A DNA stretch of 64,000 nucleotides from Proteromonas lacertae (GCA_002245135.1 NGBS01000583.1:124001-188000), one strand, 5' to 3'; positions 1-14,166 are shown, counted from the stretch's first letter. Numbers and translations are program-made. Notes: generated by a model from the letters alone, not told the origin.

Positions 1-1780
1 AACATCTTACAAGCATACTCAAATTTAATTTATATAAACTGAATGCTGTTCCTATATTCAATGGAATTGATCCGATATTAGAAACAACTATTCTTTCCTC
101 ATCGTCGAATTTTACAATTTGTGGATTATTATGATATTTCTTTGAATCTATTAACTTTTGTAATTTTTCTTTTAGATCAGCATGCGTTAACTTAACGATA
201 TGCGGAGCTGGATGTTCTGTATGATTAATAGTATTAGTATTAGTATTAGGTGGAGGAGTAGAAGGAGTTGGTGTTGGTGTTTGAGAACGAGATGGTTTAG
301 GTATTCGTATATCAGCAGAGATAAAAGTATTAAAAAAACTACTGCTAGTCCTATTAGCAAATCTGTAATTATTATTATTATTATTATTATTATTGTCATT
401 ATTGTAGACATTGATATTGATATTACCATTATTATTTCTATAACTGCTACTAATATTAATATTCCTACTATTGATATTGAGAATATTATTGATGGGAGTA
501 ATAGGTCTAGAACTATTAATTCCAAAATTAGAATTACTATTAGAATTACTATTAATAGAAGTATTACCTCCACTTTTATTTGTACTACCACTGACTTCTG
601 TTGATTTTGATCCATAAAGTTTTTTAGAAAGTTCTTCTATTTCTTTACTTTGCTGCATTAATATTTCAATATTCTTCCTTTTTCTTCCTCTTTTCTTAGG
701 CATTACTATTTTTTCTTCTTGAGGAGGACGGAATTGAATCATTTGGGGAGATAATGGTTTAGGACTTTTTGATAACAAGTTACTTCTATCAATACCAAAT
801 TTATCACTTTCTACTTCATATTCTTCATCTTCTTCATTATCATCATCTTTATCATCATCATCGTTTTCAATAATAGCATGAATACTATTATCATAATAAT
901 TATCTTTCTTATATTTATAGAGATTATGATATCTCTTTCTGAAACCAGCTTGATGTGAACAAGTTGCTTTCTTTAAAAGACAAAATCTACATAATGTATT
1001 ATAATCTAAATCTCCAGTAAATGTCTTATACACAAATTGTGAAGTAGGTCTTCTTCTTTTACAATTATCACATTTTCTTGTTGGTCCAGTAAATAATCTT
1101 GTTTCTCTAGGAATCCAATCTTGTAAATAATTTGATTGAATATTTGTTGCACAAGTTGAACACACAAAATTTCCACTGTAAATAAATGATTTATTCTTTG
1201 ACACATCATTTGCACATTTAACACACTTCACTTTTTGTTTTTCAAATTCTTTAAATTCAGCGTATGCTTCATGTAATTCTAAAATATCTTTTCTTGTTTT
1301 TTTGGCATTCCTTTTGTATGGATCTTGAAGTGTATCTTTGTATGGATTGATATTTAAATAATTTTCCACCTCTTTATTATTTTCATATATTGATCTTCTA
1401 CTTACTTTACTATTACTTGGCGGTATATAATTGTATATGCTATGTTGAGAAATGACATTATCTGATACATCTCCTACAGCTATATAAATAGAAGGATCAT
1501 TCTGTGAATTATATTTTGGAGTATAAATTGGACTGTCTATAGCACCAGTAATTGGTATTCCCATCAAAATATTTGATTGTCTCGCATAATAAAAATCCTC
1601 TTTGATTTGTGGTTCTTTTCTTTCATCACATATTGCAGCTAAAGACTTTGATATGAATCTATTTGATGATCTACCTTGACTTTCGTTGTATTGCGTATTT
1701 ATACTCGCTGCTAGCACAACTTGTGAGTTATATGTTTCATAGCTGTGAAAATTATTTTGATTGAATGGAGAATATATCAT
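1..1780 (-). CDS. Hypothetical nuclear protein with four CxxC pairs and an AT-hook/NLS-like motif; 3' end lies outside the window
   Basis: Frame from ATG 1780 stays open to base 1 (absent from the ORF track because it has no stop). Contains CVKC, CSTC, CDNC, CRFC, an acidic run, PKKRGRKRK and an Asn/Ser-rich region. Confidence 0.75.
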   Translation of the reverse strand, partial: MIYSPFNQNNFHSYETYNSQVVLAASINTQYNESQGRSSNRFISKSLAAICDERKEPQIKEDFYYARQSNILMGIPITGAIDSPIYTPKYNSQNDPSIYIAVGDVSDNVISQHSIYNYIPPSNSKVSRRSIYENNKEVENYLNINPYKDTLQDPYKRNAKKTRKDILELHEAYAEFKEFEKQKVKCVKCANDVSKNKSFIYSGNFVCSTCATNIQSNYLQDWIPRETRLFTGPTRKCDNCKRRRPTSQFVYKTFTGDLDYNTLCRFCLLKKATCSHQAGFRKRYHNLYKYKKDNYYDNSIHAIIENDDDDKDDDNEEDEEYEVESDKFGIDRSNLLSKSPKPLSPQMIQFRPPQEEKIVMPKKRGRKRKNIEILMQQSKEIEELSKKLYGSKSTEVSGSTNKSGGNTSINSNSNSNSNFGINSSRPITPINNILNINSRNINISSSYRNNNGNININVYNNDNNNNNNNNNYRFANRTSSSFFNTFISADIRIPKPSRSQTPTPTPSTPPPNTNTNTINHTEHPAPHIVKLTHADLKEKLQKLIDSKKYHNNPQIVKFDDEERIVVSNIGSIPLNIGTAFSLYKLNLSMLVRC

Positions 1781-2019
1781 TTTGTAATATGTATATATTT
1801 TACTAACTATATGAACTCTCTAATTATTATAAAATCATATAATTAGTTTTTTAAATCAAGCCTCAAACTATTTAAGATTTTTCATTTCAAAAAATATTTG
1901 ATGTTAATGTTGAGATTATGTATAAATTTAGTTTTATATTTCTTTGGTGAATATTAAATTATGTATTTACAAAGTTAATAAGGAAATTATACAACACTGA
2001 ATAAATAATCAATAAATAT

Positions 2020-2584
2020 CTATTCTTCTTTAGTCTTTTCTGTGTCTGTTACTTCTTCATTGGATTCTTTTTTAGTCTGCTCTGTTTGAATTTGATTTTC
2101 AGGTGGTGAATTTACATTTTGATGCATTCTTCTATAGTCTACTCTAAATACTTTCACTCTTTCCTTTTTATCCACTCTACTTTTAGGAAATTTAAATGAT
2201 GGAGTTACCCATGTCCCACCTATATCACTATAACATCAAAATCTATACAAGAACATTGAGATCCAGCCCAAACATACGTTCCTATGTGATAATTACATTT
2301 AGGACAGTAAATTGGTCCTTCTGTTTCTGATGTGTCTTTCATCCACTCAAGAGGTTCTTCAACAAAATATGATTCACAACCATAGGCGACATTATGTATT
2401 AATTCATCCTAAAAATACATTTCTTTTAACATTTTGAGTATACTTTCAATAGCCTTTTACTATCAATTCTATGTTTTCCTGGTTCATGTGTAAATATTTT
2501 TGTATCATCAAATAAAATAGTTCTGCATTTGATGCAAGTGTATAATGGAATAGTCAAATCCTGGTTGGTGTATTTTTGAAGCAT
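2020..2584 (-). CDS. Stand-alone YVH1/DUSP12-type C-terminal zinc-binding domain protein
   Basis: Removing two short GT-AG introns gives YTCIKCRTILF..H..CESYFVEEPLEWM..EGPIYCPKC..IGTYVWAGSQCSCGTWVTPSF..SRVD; no phosphatase domain. Confidence 0.8.
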
Positions 2585-2716
2585 TTTTCTTAACAAGTTT
2601 GAAATGAATGTTTGAGAAGTGACTTTCCAGCCACATTTTTTGACTTTATTTAAATTGGTTTGTGAAAACTTTTCGTAATATCTTTTTTTTTATTCTCTTT
2701 TTTTCTTTTCGCAGAA

Positions 2717-3598
2717 ATGTCAATTGAAGTTTTAAAAGATAAAAATAATCTCGAATATGTTCATTTTACACATGAATCAGGATCTTCCTGCGATTGTTAT
2801 CTGTTTGGAGCACATGTAACAAATTTTACGGATTCTAAAGGTAATTCAGTAATATTTTTAAGCAAAAAAACAAAAATGGATGGAAAGACTGCAATTCGTG
2901 GTGGAATTCCCTTAATTTTCCCTCAATTCAATAAAAGAGGTAGTTTACCAAAGCATGGATTTGCTAGAACATCAATGTGGAGTTTTATTGGTCGTGCAAT
3001 TAGTTCAGAAGAAGTAATGGTTACTTTTGGACTAAAGAATAACGATGAAACAATGAAAATATGGCCTCATCCATTTGAGTTAGAATATACATTACATTTA
3101 TCTGCAATGAAGTTGACTGTTTATATGAAAATTATTAATTCAGGAGATGAACCTTTCAAATTTCATGCTTTATTCCATAATTACTTTAATGTTCCAGATA
3201 TAATTAAATCGACTATAACAGGATTAAAGACTGCTCATTTCTATACTACTGTTGAAAAAGGAGAGAGTATAATAATAATATGAATTATAAATTTACTGTT
3301 TATAGTCAACGATGAAGAATATCATGTGCCTCCATCCCTAGATGCAGTATTTCCAAATGGTCCTAATCATGTGCTTCTAGATAAAAAAGATGGAACAAAA
3401 GTAGAATTATTAATTAACGAACCTTTAAAACACGATGTTGTCATTTGGAATGTTGGAGAAGAAGCAAGAAATGTATCTGACTTTGAACCTCAAGATTATA
3501 AATATTATGTTTGTATCGAACCTGGATTTATCGAAGATTTTGTCGAGTTGAATGCTAAAGATAGTTGGAACTTGTCTGAAAGTATTGTTTCTATGTAA
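2717..3598 (+). CDS. Glucose-6-phosphate 1-epimerase (aldose 1-epimerase family)
   Basis: AIRGGIPLIFPQF, HGFAR, HNYF and YVCIEPG motifs; one 39-nt intron (3267-3305) joins the two ORFs in frame. Confidence 0.9.
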
Positions 3599-3682
3599 AT
3601 CTCCATTTAATTGAATTTGTTTCTTGTTTCAATATATTTAATCGTTTCATAATTTAAAATTCAAACTGTCATAATAGAATAA

Positions 3683-5393
3683 ATGAATGTTAATAGATCC
3701 ATACTAAGTATTTAATTATTTATTTAAATGAATTATAGAGAGTAGAAGCAAAGCAATGCGATTATATTCACCAGGAGAACATAATCCTTTTTATAACATG
3801 TTAAATAAAAGCAAAAAAAGAGACATATCTTGTATTGCCTCGCCTACATATCAGATTGAAGAAAAATCAAGGTCATCATCTTCTTCTTCCATAAGTGAAG
3901 AATCAATCGAAATTGCTAGATCAGAAGTGTCTAGTCCTGATTATCACGATGTTCATAGTCCAATAAACAACATTCAACCAATCAAACCTTATTCTGTTCA
4001 ATCTGTCAAATTAGCTAATAGTTTTGTTAATCCAATTAAGAGAAGAAGAATTGAACAAACTGAAGATAGCGAAATGAAAATATCAACTGGTTCGACATGC
4101 ACATCATCATCATCATCAGCTTTTTCTCAGTCAACTATGTCAGATATAAAAAGTCAATCAATTCTATATTCAGAGAAGAAATATAAACCACAGTCAGTTA
4201 TAAAACAAGCAAATAATCCTGTAGTAAATATAGGATATTCAAATGATTCACCAATGCCACCAGTACTCTTTTCATCAAGAAAGAATTCAAATAAAAGAGA
4301 ACCATTCAAAGAAATTGAAAAAAAGAGTAATGAAAATGTAGTTATAGTTAATAAAAATGAATATATAATCAAAAGAGAAGTTGGCAGAGGTGGTTCTGGG
4401 CATGTTTATGAAGTACAATCATCTAATGGAGAAGTGTTAGCATTAAAAGTGATTGATACAAATACAGAAGAAGAAAGAAAATGTATTAGATCTGAAATAG
4501 AATACTTAGAGAAATTTAAAGGTAATGAATATATAATTCAATTAATCGATTCACAAATTACACATAAAAAGACTTTTATTGTATATTTTTATTTTATTTT
4601 ATTTTTCTTATAAAAATAGGTAATGGAATTTGGTAATTTATCACTCAAAGAATTCTTAAAGAAAAATAGGAATAGTTTAGAAATGACAAAGATAATCGAC
4701 TTATTCTTACAGTTACTATACTCTGTTAGTCAAATACATAATGCAAATATAATTCATGCTGATTTGAAACCAGCTAATTTTTTATTTGTAAATGAAAGAT
4801 TGAAACTGATAGATTTTGGAATATCAAAACAGATTGATGATCCATCAAACACAACAAAAGTAATAGATGTAAATGCAAAAGGTACAATAAATTATCTTCC
4901 TCCAGAAGTATTAGAACAAGATTATTATGATGAAGGTAATGAAAGTGGAGGTAAAAAGTTCGGCAGAAGTAGAGATATATACTCATTAGGATGTATTTTC
5001 TATGAAATGATATATAATATTACTCCAATTCAAAGATATGGTAAACTTGCTATGGATGTGTTGAGGACTTTTACTGATCCTATTGCAAAGTATCCTAAAG
5101 ATGGCCCAAATGTTTCAGATAGAGTTAAGAGAGTTATTAATATGTGTTTATTAAAAGATGCAAATAAAAGACCCAAAATTGATGATTTAATAGAAAAAAC
5201 AAAGGCATTGTTAGAACCACCAAAAACTAAAGCAGAAGATGTTAATATTATTTTGAAATATATTAGTGAAAAGGTTGATTTAAAAGATGAAGGTACTAGG
5301 ATGTTTATTAGCAAAGTCTTAACTGACATTATTAATGAGCAAGAACCATTAAATATTCAGACTATTTATAAAAAGGTATTGAATAAAAAATAA
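3683..5393 (+). CDS. MPS1: Mps1/TTK-like protein kinase
   Basis: GRGGSG, IIHADLKPANFL, LKLIDFGISKQI..TTKV and GTINYLPPE resemble Mps1; introns 3708-3738 and 4581-4619. Confidence 0.8.
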
Positions 5394-5570
5394 GTAAATT
5401 ATATAATTTTGTGCTGTTAAATTAAGTAATTAGAAATTTTTGAAAATTACACATAAATTTTAAATAATAAACTGTAGTAATTTAATTAATACGCAGTAAA
5501 AATCAATATATATTTATATAATTGATGAAATGATTAAATATATACAAATTAATGTTAATTTAGTTTTGAA

Positions 5571-8500
5571 CTAATAACCTTTCGAGATTTCTTTCTTTAT
5601 TCTTAAATATTCTGCATTATTCAACGCTCTTTTCAGCATAGCATCAGTAATAATCTCATTATTACACATATCGATTAACGCATTTCTAGCAGAAGTCCTA
5701 GTCTCAGGCTGTGGTTCAGTTATACTCTTTAACATTAATTTCACTATCACATCGAAATCTTTCATTTTCTTCGTCTTCACTCCTAAGATTTTACAATAAT
5801 TACATAAATAATAAATGGCTTTTCCTTTTACCATACAATTACGATGTGAAGTCATAGTTAATAACACTGGAACAATTTTTACATCTGTACAATTGTCAAA
5901 AATAGATTGCATTGCATTATCAGCTGCTTCACTAAGAAAACCTGCATTATCGATAGTTTTCTTCAACAGTGATAATATAATATATTCTATTTCAGAATTC
6001 ATTTTGGTTTTTAAACCATAAAACATATCAGCAACACATAACATTCCATTTTTACTAACAGCAGATCTTAAATTATCAACAGCTTTAGATACAGATAATA
6101 CTATCGCATGTAAATCGTTAGTAATTAAATTGGAATGATAAAGTGATAAAGAACGAATCTAAATATTGTAAAAATGAATATAATATATACTTGATTTAAG
6201 GCATTTACATGTTTATCCCAATCTTGTGTCTTTAATGCATTCATTACTTCATTTAATGCACTTGTTGGATTTCTACATGGCTGTATTTCTTCTCTTGATA
6301 AATATAATGCTTGAGGAACTAAATTTGCACCTGGAACTTCATTCTTTTTTTCATTACTATTCTTATTCTTTACATTATTATTATTATTCTGTCTATTGTT
6401 TCTATTTCCATTAATTTTGGGTTTGTTTTCTTCTTTTCTTCTAACAGGCTTCTCTTCTTCTTCTTCTTCTTCCTCCTCCTCCTCTTCATTACTTTCATCA
6501 TCATTCTCATCATCATTCTCATCATCTTCTTCACTACTCTCTTCTTCTTCACTACTACTTCCTTCTAAACTACTACTATCATTTTCATCATCATCATCTT
6601 CTTCTTCTTCACTTTCTTCTTTTCGTTTTGGCTTTTCTTTTTGTCTTTGTTTTTCTTTATAATTACTATTACTATGTGATTCTTCATGTGCTTCTTCTAA
6701 TGCTTGTTCAGATGGTCTTTTTCTTAAAGATGTAACTCTAAGAGGAGTTGGACAAATAACTGGAGCACGATTCTTCATTGAACTATATTTAATCATTGCT
6801 GGTCTTAATTCTCTATTTTGTGATGGTTGTTGTTGTTGTTGTTGTTGTTGTTGTTCAGGTGGTAAGGGAGGTTCATATTGTTGTTGATGATAATGATACT
6901 TTGATTGCTGTTGAGATTGTCTAGGTTGTGATGTTTGTGGTGGTTGAAGCAATTGAGGTGTTGGAGATTCTCTATCATATTTTGGTTTTGGTAAATTATC
7001 AATTTTAAAAATAGATGGATTTTGTAATGGTCTAATAGGTCTATCTTCTCCAACAGTGATTGGTGTATAAACATTACTGTCACTAGTTACAGATGATGGA
7101 GATTGTATTGATGATGGTAATGGTGGTGGCTGAGAATCCATTATATTATTCACTACTCTTCTTATTGGATTAGCTTCATATTTTCCTCTATTTGATCTTG
7201 AAGTAGGTGTGAAACTTTTGTTTATTTCATAATCACCATTTAATCCTCTACCAAATGATGTACTATTCTTACAGCTCTAATAATTATACACATAAACGAT
7301 ATTTATACTTGTGGCACTAGCGAAGGCATTGCACTTTGAACTCTACTCACAGGTATTTCATCTTTTTCAATAGCTGCTTCTAAGTCTATACAACAATATA
7401 AATATGTATAAAAGTATACTTGATTTTTCAACTGCTAAATTTGCACTAAATGCTCTTCTACTACTGTTTCTGCTCTTTAATAATGTCAATTTAGATCTCA
7501 TATCTTCTCTATTAATTCTATCAATACTTGGCCTAAATATATATTATATATATATCATTGATACTGTTTGATTACATTTCCACTTACACTACCATTACCA
7601 CCACTATTTTCATTATAACCATCATCATCTTCACCAACAGCTAAGGGTGATACTTGAACTGCATTATTCAGTGATGATAACACTTGACAACCTGCTACTC
7701 GATGGACTATATTACGAGAGGATTCTCCTCTTCTTACATGTACTGGTGATGTAACATAATCTTGTATAATGATGGATGTATCACCTAAGGTGGTTGTATT
7801 ATTATTATTATTATTTGTATTATTAGGAGTATTGCTATTACTGTCTAAATTTAATGCCTTTTTATAAGTGCTCATATTCATATAATCATCTTCATCATAA
7901 AATGGAGTTATCTTAACAGGACTCTATACATATAATTAATTATTATTATTACTATTATACTATATTCATATGTTGTTGTGATTTAGGAGATGGTTCTTTA
8001 TTTGGTTTTGAATTTGGATTGTTATTAAACATAGCTAATTGATCAGGAGGTAATGATATAGGTGGATTTGAGAGTATTAGATAAATATTTTGATGTGGAA
8101 AATGTTTTATCATTATATTAATACAATTCGCTGCTGAATTAGATATATTAATATCAGTATTACCTAAATATTGAGTTAAATAACTTAACTATATATATTT
8201 ATAATTATTATGTTAAAAATATACTATTTCTAGAATATCATTTGGATTGATTGATCCTAAGGAATCTAATGCTGGTTCAATAATCTTAAATGCTTCATTT
8301 TTACAGGATATAGACGATAGTTTTACATTTGATAATAAATATTTAATAATAGCTGATCCTTCATAATACTTAAACATACATTGAAACAGATCATTTATTT
8401 CATCTTTTATCATTTGAACTTTACTTGTTAACTTTGGAATTAATGTAGCTACTAGTTGTGGAAGATAAGGCCAAAACACGGATTGTAGTTTCAATATTAT

Positions 8501-8907
8501 CTATTATTGTGAGATAATGAGAGATTTACAATACTTCATTCAAAATTTGTATTGTCGAAGAAGTTATTTGAAAGTTTGGTTCTGCTAAAAGTGAAAATAA
8601 GAACTGCAATAGTCCATTAAGATCTGTCTGCAACTGCATAGGAGATGATTCTATTAATAAATAATAATTACCTTTTTTAAAATACTAGATATGATATTTT
8701 GCAGTTCTTCTATTGCAGATAAACGAGTTTCCCATGCTTTTTCATAAAAAATATTGTTGTATATAGAGAGAGGTATTACTCCACACATAACAGCAACTAA
8801 AATATAAAATTATAATTCATATAAAATATATATTATTATATAAGTGAGCAAATGACAAATAAAAGTAAAGAAATACCTGGATTGAGTGACATTTGATTAG
8901 TGTTCAT
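5571..8907 (-). CDS. TOG/CLASP-type HEAT-repeat microtubule-binding protein (TOGARAM/crescerin-like)
   Basis: N-terminal (AWETRLSAIEEL) and C-terminal (QDWDKHVNALNQIR..VDNLRSAVSKNG..FLSEAADNAM) TOG-like domains flank a Q/P/E-rich linker; several GTAT..AG introns. Confidence 0.7.
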
Positions 8908-9089
8908 CTATTACACAAAAAAAATTAACAGGGTAAATACATTATAATAATTACTAGTCATTTTGAATTGTTTAACAGCCTAGATTTGATAAATCATCAA
9001 AATATCTGTTTGGTTCTAGGTTCGGCATACGAAGTGGCTTGACCTTCAAATTACAACTGACAAACCCATTTGTTTTTGTATTTAATCTA

Positions 9090-11758
9090 ATGACCACACC
9101 GCACTCAGTGCAGCCATTAGTGAATGATGTATATTTAGAATATTATTATGACAATAGGGACTTCCTAACATGCAAGATAATGATAAAGTTTATTTATATT
9201 CACAAATAGCAGGCCTGCATCAGCAATTAAATGATCAAATAGCAAAGACAAATAAATTGGCATTAAAAAATAAAGCATTAATGAATACTATACAGTCAAT
9301 CAGGAATGGTACTGATCCAACCTCTTTGTCACTAGTATGATCATAGATAATTCATTTGTAGGGGACTCTTGTATTTATGCTTAAGTCAAGTACAGATAAA
9401 AATGTTGTTCCAATAATTAGAGGTGTTACAGAAATGAAATCTCAAATAATAGAACTAATTAATAAATCTAAAGTAACAGATCGAAGTATTAAATCATTTT
9501 AACTATTCATTATAATAGGTGAAGCAACATATATTGCTAATGTTTTTTGTAGATTTTTCACATTCCTATATCAACATGTAAATAATAACCAACAAAACTC
9601 TTTATTATCATTCATTTCAAATGCTATTAATGATTTGAAAAATTTTGTGAATATGACTCCAAATCAGCAAGATTTTGAAAGATTGTGTGAAAAATATGTA
9701 ATACATTTATCACTAAGCGAAGATTTTGAGGATACTCTATCCATAATACCAGATTCAAAGATTGCAGATGAATGTATATATATTTGAGTAATAAATTATA
9801 ATAAAATAGTGTTTGGAATTTCAATCGAAGATCATGCTCAATTGGCAGCTGAATTAAAGCCAAGTATTGATAAATTAATAAGCAAACTATCACAATCACA
9901 ATTAATACATATATTAGAACAATTTGGATATGCATCTAAAGATATTCCAACTACAAAGAAGGAATTACAGAAACATGTGTATGATTTAAGGCTAAGATAT
10001 GAAATAATGAAATTAGATCGAAGTTCCTCATCACTCTCTGATATAAATGAAATGAGAGATAGAGAAATATCACAAATATTTCATCCTAATAATACTTTTA
10101 ATAATAATAATAATAATAATTCATCAATAAATAGTAGGTATTATAATAATCAATCAATAGCAAGTAAGCCTAAATCAGGTCAACCGAAAAGATCTGCATC
10201 AACAGGCAAACTGAGATCTTCAACTTCCACTAATAATGTCAATAATAATAATAATAATAATAATAATCCAATTAGTAGAAATAGAATACCAGTTCAAACT
10301 GTTGATACTGCTAATCTTATACCTTCTAGAAGAACATCCTCTGCATCATCATCAACTACAACAACTACTGCTACATCAACTACTCCCACAAACCCAAATA
10401 ATAATAATAATAATAGAACAAAACAACCTATTCAACAAGTCCCACAACAACAACAACCAATTCAGCTAATACAACAACCTGTACAACAACAACAACAACA
10501 ACAACAACAATTACATTTCCCTACTCAATTACAACAGCGAAGTGTATCTGCTAGTAAACGAAGAACTTCCAATATAAGTACAGCCAGTCAACCAGTACCC
10601 TATGCACATATATCTAGTGGTATTAACAACTTAGGAAAATATGGACGAAGATCAATAGTAAATTTAGATAAATCAAGAAATTCAAATACTAATTTTCAAA
10701 TTAATGTTCCTTCAATATCAAGACCAGTTAAATCTAATCAAAATAATTCGCATAATGTTCCTCTAACTACAAATCAAAATAACACTAATTCATATTATAA
10801 TGATGAAGTGGAAATAGATAATAATAATAATAATAATAGTTTTACAGTACCTGATAATATACAACAACAACAACAACAACCTCCGCTTGCTCCTACTTCA
10901 CCTGTTCCAAGTCAAACCTCAACAAATCATCATCATCATCACCATCATCATTCTAGACAACCATCTACATCCTCTATTATATCTAATAATTCAGTTCCAT
11001 TAAAATCTAATGTTAGTAGGTCATCAACTCCTTCTAGAAAACAACAACAACAACAACAAGCTCCAACTCCAGTAAATGTAGTAATAAAACAACCACCTCC
11101 TCAACAACCAATAGTAATACCATCTGCACCAATTGCATCATCATTAAATGTAAAAATTACTACATCTATTCCTCCAACTAATGATTCTCCTCCTCCTCCT
11201 CCTGTTTCATCTTCTTCTACTAAACCTAATAATAATAATAATAATTCAAAACCATCCTCTAAAACTCCAACACCAAATCCAACTGAAAATAAGAAAACAT
11301 TACCTGTAACTATTTCTTCTGTAAAATCTAATAATCATAAAACATCTTCCACTATACCTATATCAATAGAACCTCCCAAACAACCACCATCACAAGAAGT
11401 AGAAGAAGAAGAAGAAGTGAATATCCAAATTGATACTAAATTTGAACCACCATCAGAACCTCCACCAGAAAATCCAAATCAGGTTGTTGAACAGAATGTA
11501 ATAAAATTTATACCTCCTCCAAATGAAACTCAGTCATTTCCTCTACCTGAACCATCAAAAGAAGAAAGACAACAACAACAAAATAATAATAATAATAATA
11601 TTGATGATGATGATGAAGATTTTTACAATAGAGAATTTGCTAAAGAGGATTATTATGGAGAAGAATGTAATGAAGAGAATAATGAAATATCAAATGATGT
11701 GTTGAATGATCTACAGCCAAGTACTGATTATAGTGAAGAACAAGATCCACCACAATAA
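9090..11758 (+). CDS. Hypothetical protein with helical N-terminus and long N/Q/P/S low-complexity tail
   Basis: Four short GT-AG introns link ATG 9090 in frame to the 649-aa ORF. Confidence 0.7.
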
Positions 11759-12199
11759 AAAAGATAATATTAATAATATTATATGTTATTTATTTAAATA
11801 TATTATCTGTTGTAGGTTTTCAAAATTGTACTAACCGACAATGGTATTAAATCATGTACATAAACAAAATATAAACCTATATATATCATTCTATAAAGAG
11901 CCGAAATAACTGAATGTAGATGAGTTTTTACAATTCTTGTAATTTGATATTATACTTTTCAATGAGTAATACTATTATTTTATATATTTAATATGTGATT
12001 TAGAATGATATTAACAATTTGAAAGAAAAATTATATGATAAAATGTATTATATTGTATTTCTATATTTTCATTACTATCTATGTTACTTAATTTAACTTT
12101 TGATAATGTTAGTAACATTTGTAGAGGTGTGTTTAGTCAAATTTCTCTGTGTCAGGTTATATTGAATAATAATAGGAACCTCATATTATTTGGTAGATG

Positions 12200-12345
12200 T
12201 ATAAATTTATAATTCTTTTCTACTTTTTCTGCCTACACCTGGTTCACCAAGGATAATTACGTTCTTCTTTTCACTGATAGTTTTACAAACATCAATTAAA
12301 AACTGTAATTCATTTACATCGTCCAAAATCTGTAAGAAGGGTTTA
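12200..12345 (-). pseudogene. Possible P-loop NTPase remnant
   Basis: FGR/VNELQF/IDVCKTISEKKNVIILGEPGVGRKS can be read across frame changes and stops. Confidence 0.3.
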
Positions 12346-12529
12346 TCTTCAATTGAAAAAATAAAAATAGATGGGATGTTAGAAGAAGAAAAGAAAGAAT
12401 TGTCAAAAGAATTCTTAAATATAAAATAGATAAATATAATATTAATTGTGGAATGAGTTTTTAAGGAACAATACTTAAAGTTCGATATTTATCTAATAGT
12501 TGCTAAAGGTTTTAATCTTCTCCTGATTT

Positions 12530-14050
12530 TTATCTTAAATTAATTGATAAATAGTCTTCTCTTCCGTTTTGCATATCTTTTATATGAATCTTCATCAATC
12601 CACTTTTATCAATTTCAGAAAAACATTCAACAACATATTTCATAGCTTTATTTGGTGTTTGTAAATAGAATGGTTTACTTTTCAACAATTGAACATATTT
12701 ATCATCAGGTCTTGTTCCTTCACCTTCATATATTGAGAAATCAATAAACTCTTGATTATCAGTATCATTGGCAAATTGAGTTGGCTTTGTTGTATGTGGA
12801 ATTTTAGTAAATCTTTTCACTAAAGGATATAAGTTATTTCCTCTTACTTCTGTTGATAATGTATGAGTTATTACATCTTCTACTGTAAATCTAAATGATT
12901 CTTCATTTGCTACAATTGTTGCACCTTGAGCAACTACTTCTTCCACATTAATATCTTTACATATTTTATCTTTAAATCTATTCTCTAATGTTGTTTCTAT
13001 TTTCTTTATTCTACTTGATCCACCAACTAATACAATATTATCAATATCATCATCTTTCATTCCACTTATTTCTAATACATGATCAACTAAATCAAATGTT
13101 CTTTGATATAAATTATTACATAATTTATCAACTAATGCTCTTGTAATATCAATAGTTGTTTCCTCATCTGGCATTTCTACACATATTTCATCATAGGAAG
13201 TTAAATTCTTTTTTGATTTTTCACATTCATTTTTTACTTTTTGTCTATCAAAATCAGAAGGTTTTACACCACTTTGTTCACATCTTCTTTTATATTCTGA
13301 TAAACAATAATCCACTAATTTCTGATCTACATCTTCACCTCCTAAATGAGAATCACCATCTGTTGCTAATACTCTTACAAGTTTATTAACATAATTCAAT
13401 TCAATAATTGAAACATCAAAAGTACCACCTCCAAAATCATATATTAAGAATTTTTCTTTATCTTTTCTATTAAATGGTCCATTAATGATTCTTTGGTGTG
13501 CATAAGCAATTGCTGCTGCTGTTGGTTCATTTATAATTTGAATAACTTTCAAATTGGCTTTTTCTGCTGCTTCTTTTGTTTTTTGCCTTTGGTTGTGATT
13601 GAAATAGGCTGGCACTGTAATAACAACTTCTGTTATTTTATTAGGGTCTTGACCTAGTAATGTATCTGCACTAAATTTAATTAGTTTTAATATTTCAGAA
13701 GAAATATCAATCGCAGTTAATCTTACATTCTTCTTACTATAAACTAACTCAACCTCTGGAACTCCATTATTATCAACTATTTTGAATGGCCAATGATTTA
13801 TATCCTCCCTTAAATATGCATCACTCATATTTCTTCCAATAAATCGCTTTGAATTGAAAATTACATTTTTATTTTTATTTTTTGCAGCACTTCCAATCAT
13901 TTTTTCATCTGTATTAGGATTATAATAAACAAAAGAAGGAATAGTTTTATTACCTTCATTATAAGCAACAGCCTCTATAATTTTTCCTTTATAGACACAA
14001 CAACATGAATAAGTAGTGCCTAAATCGATTCCTATCTTTCCAGAATTCAT
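12530..14050 (-). CDS. Atypical Hsp70, copy 1 (no lid, no EEVD)
   Basis: [41 protein letters not shown]; intronless; 506 aa. Confidence 0.92.
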   Translation of the reverse strand: MNSGKIGIDLGTTYSCCCVYKGKIIEAVAYNEGNKTIPSFVYYNPNTDEKMIGSAAKNKNKNVIFNSKRFIGRNMSDAYLREDINHWPFKIVDNNGVPEVELVYSKKNVRLTAIDISSEILKLIKFSADTLLGQDPNKITEVVITVPAYFNHNQRQKTKEAAEKANLKVIQIINEPTAAAIAYAHQRIINGPFNRKDKEKFLIYDFGGGTFDVSIIELNYVNKLVRVLATDGDSHLGGEDVDQKLVDYCLSEYKRRCEQSGVKPSDFDRQKVKNECEKSKKNLTSYDEICVEMPDEETTIDITRALVDKLCNNLYQRTFDLVDHVLEISGMKDDDIDNIVLVGGSSRIKKIETTLENRFKDKICKDINVEEVVAQGATIVANEESFRFTVEDVITHTLSTEVRGNNLYPLVKRFTKIPHTTKPTQFANDTDNQEFIDFSIYEGEGTRPDDKYVQLLKSKPFYLQTPNKAMKYVVECFSEIDKSGLMKIHIKDMQNGREDYLSINLR

Positions 14051-14166
14051 TTTTTAGATTTTGGATTTTTTACGAAAAGTTTCAAACACCAACGATTTAA
14101 AAATAAAATTAACAATGAATGAAGTATAATAAAATAATAAAATAATTATTCTACTGATATTATTGT

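Noticed and set aside
187..615. Ile/Leu/Ser/Tyr-rich ORFs such as 187-615, 200-604, 6396-6662, 22133-22477 and 28908-29277
   Set aside because: Off-frame or antisense shadows of trinucleotide repeats inside real genes.
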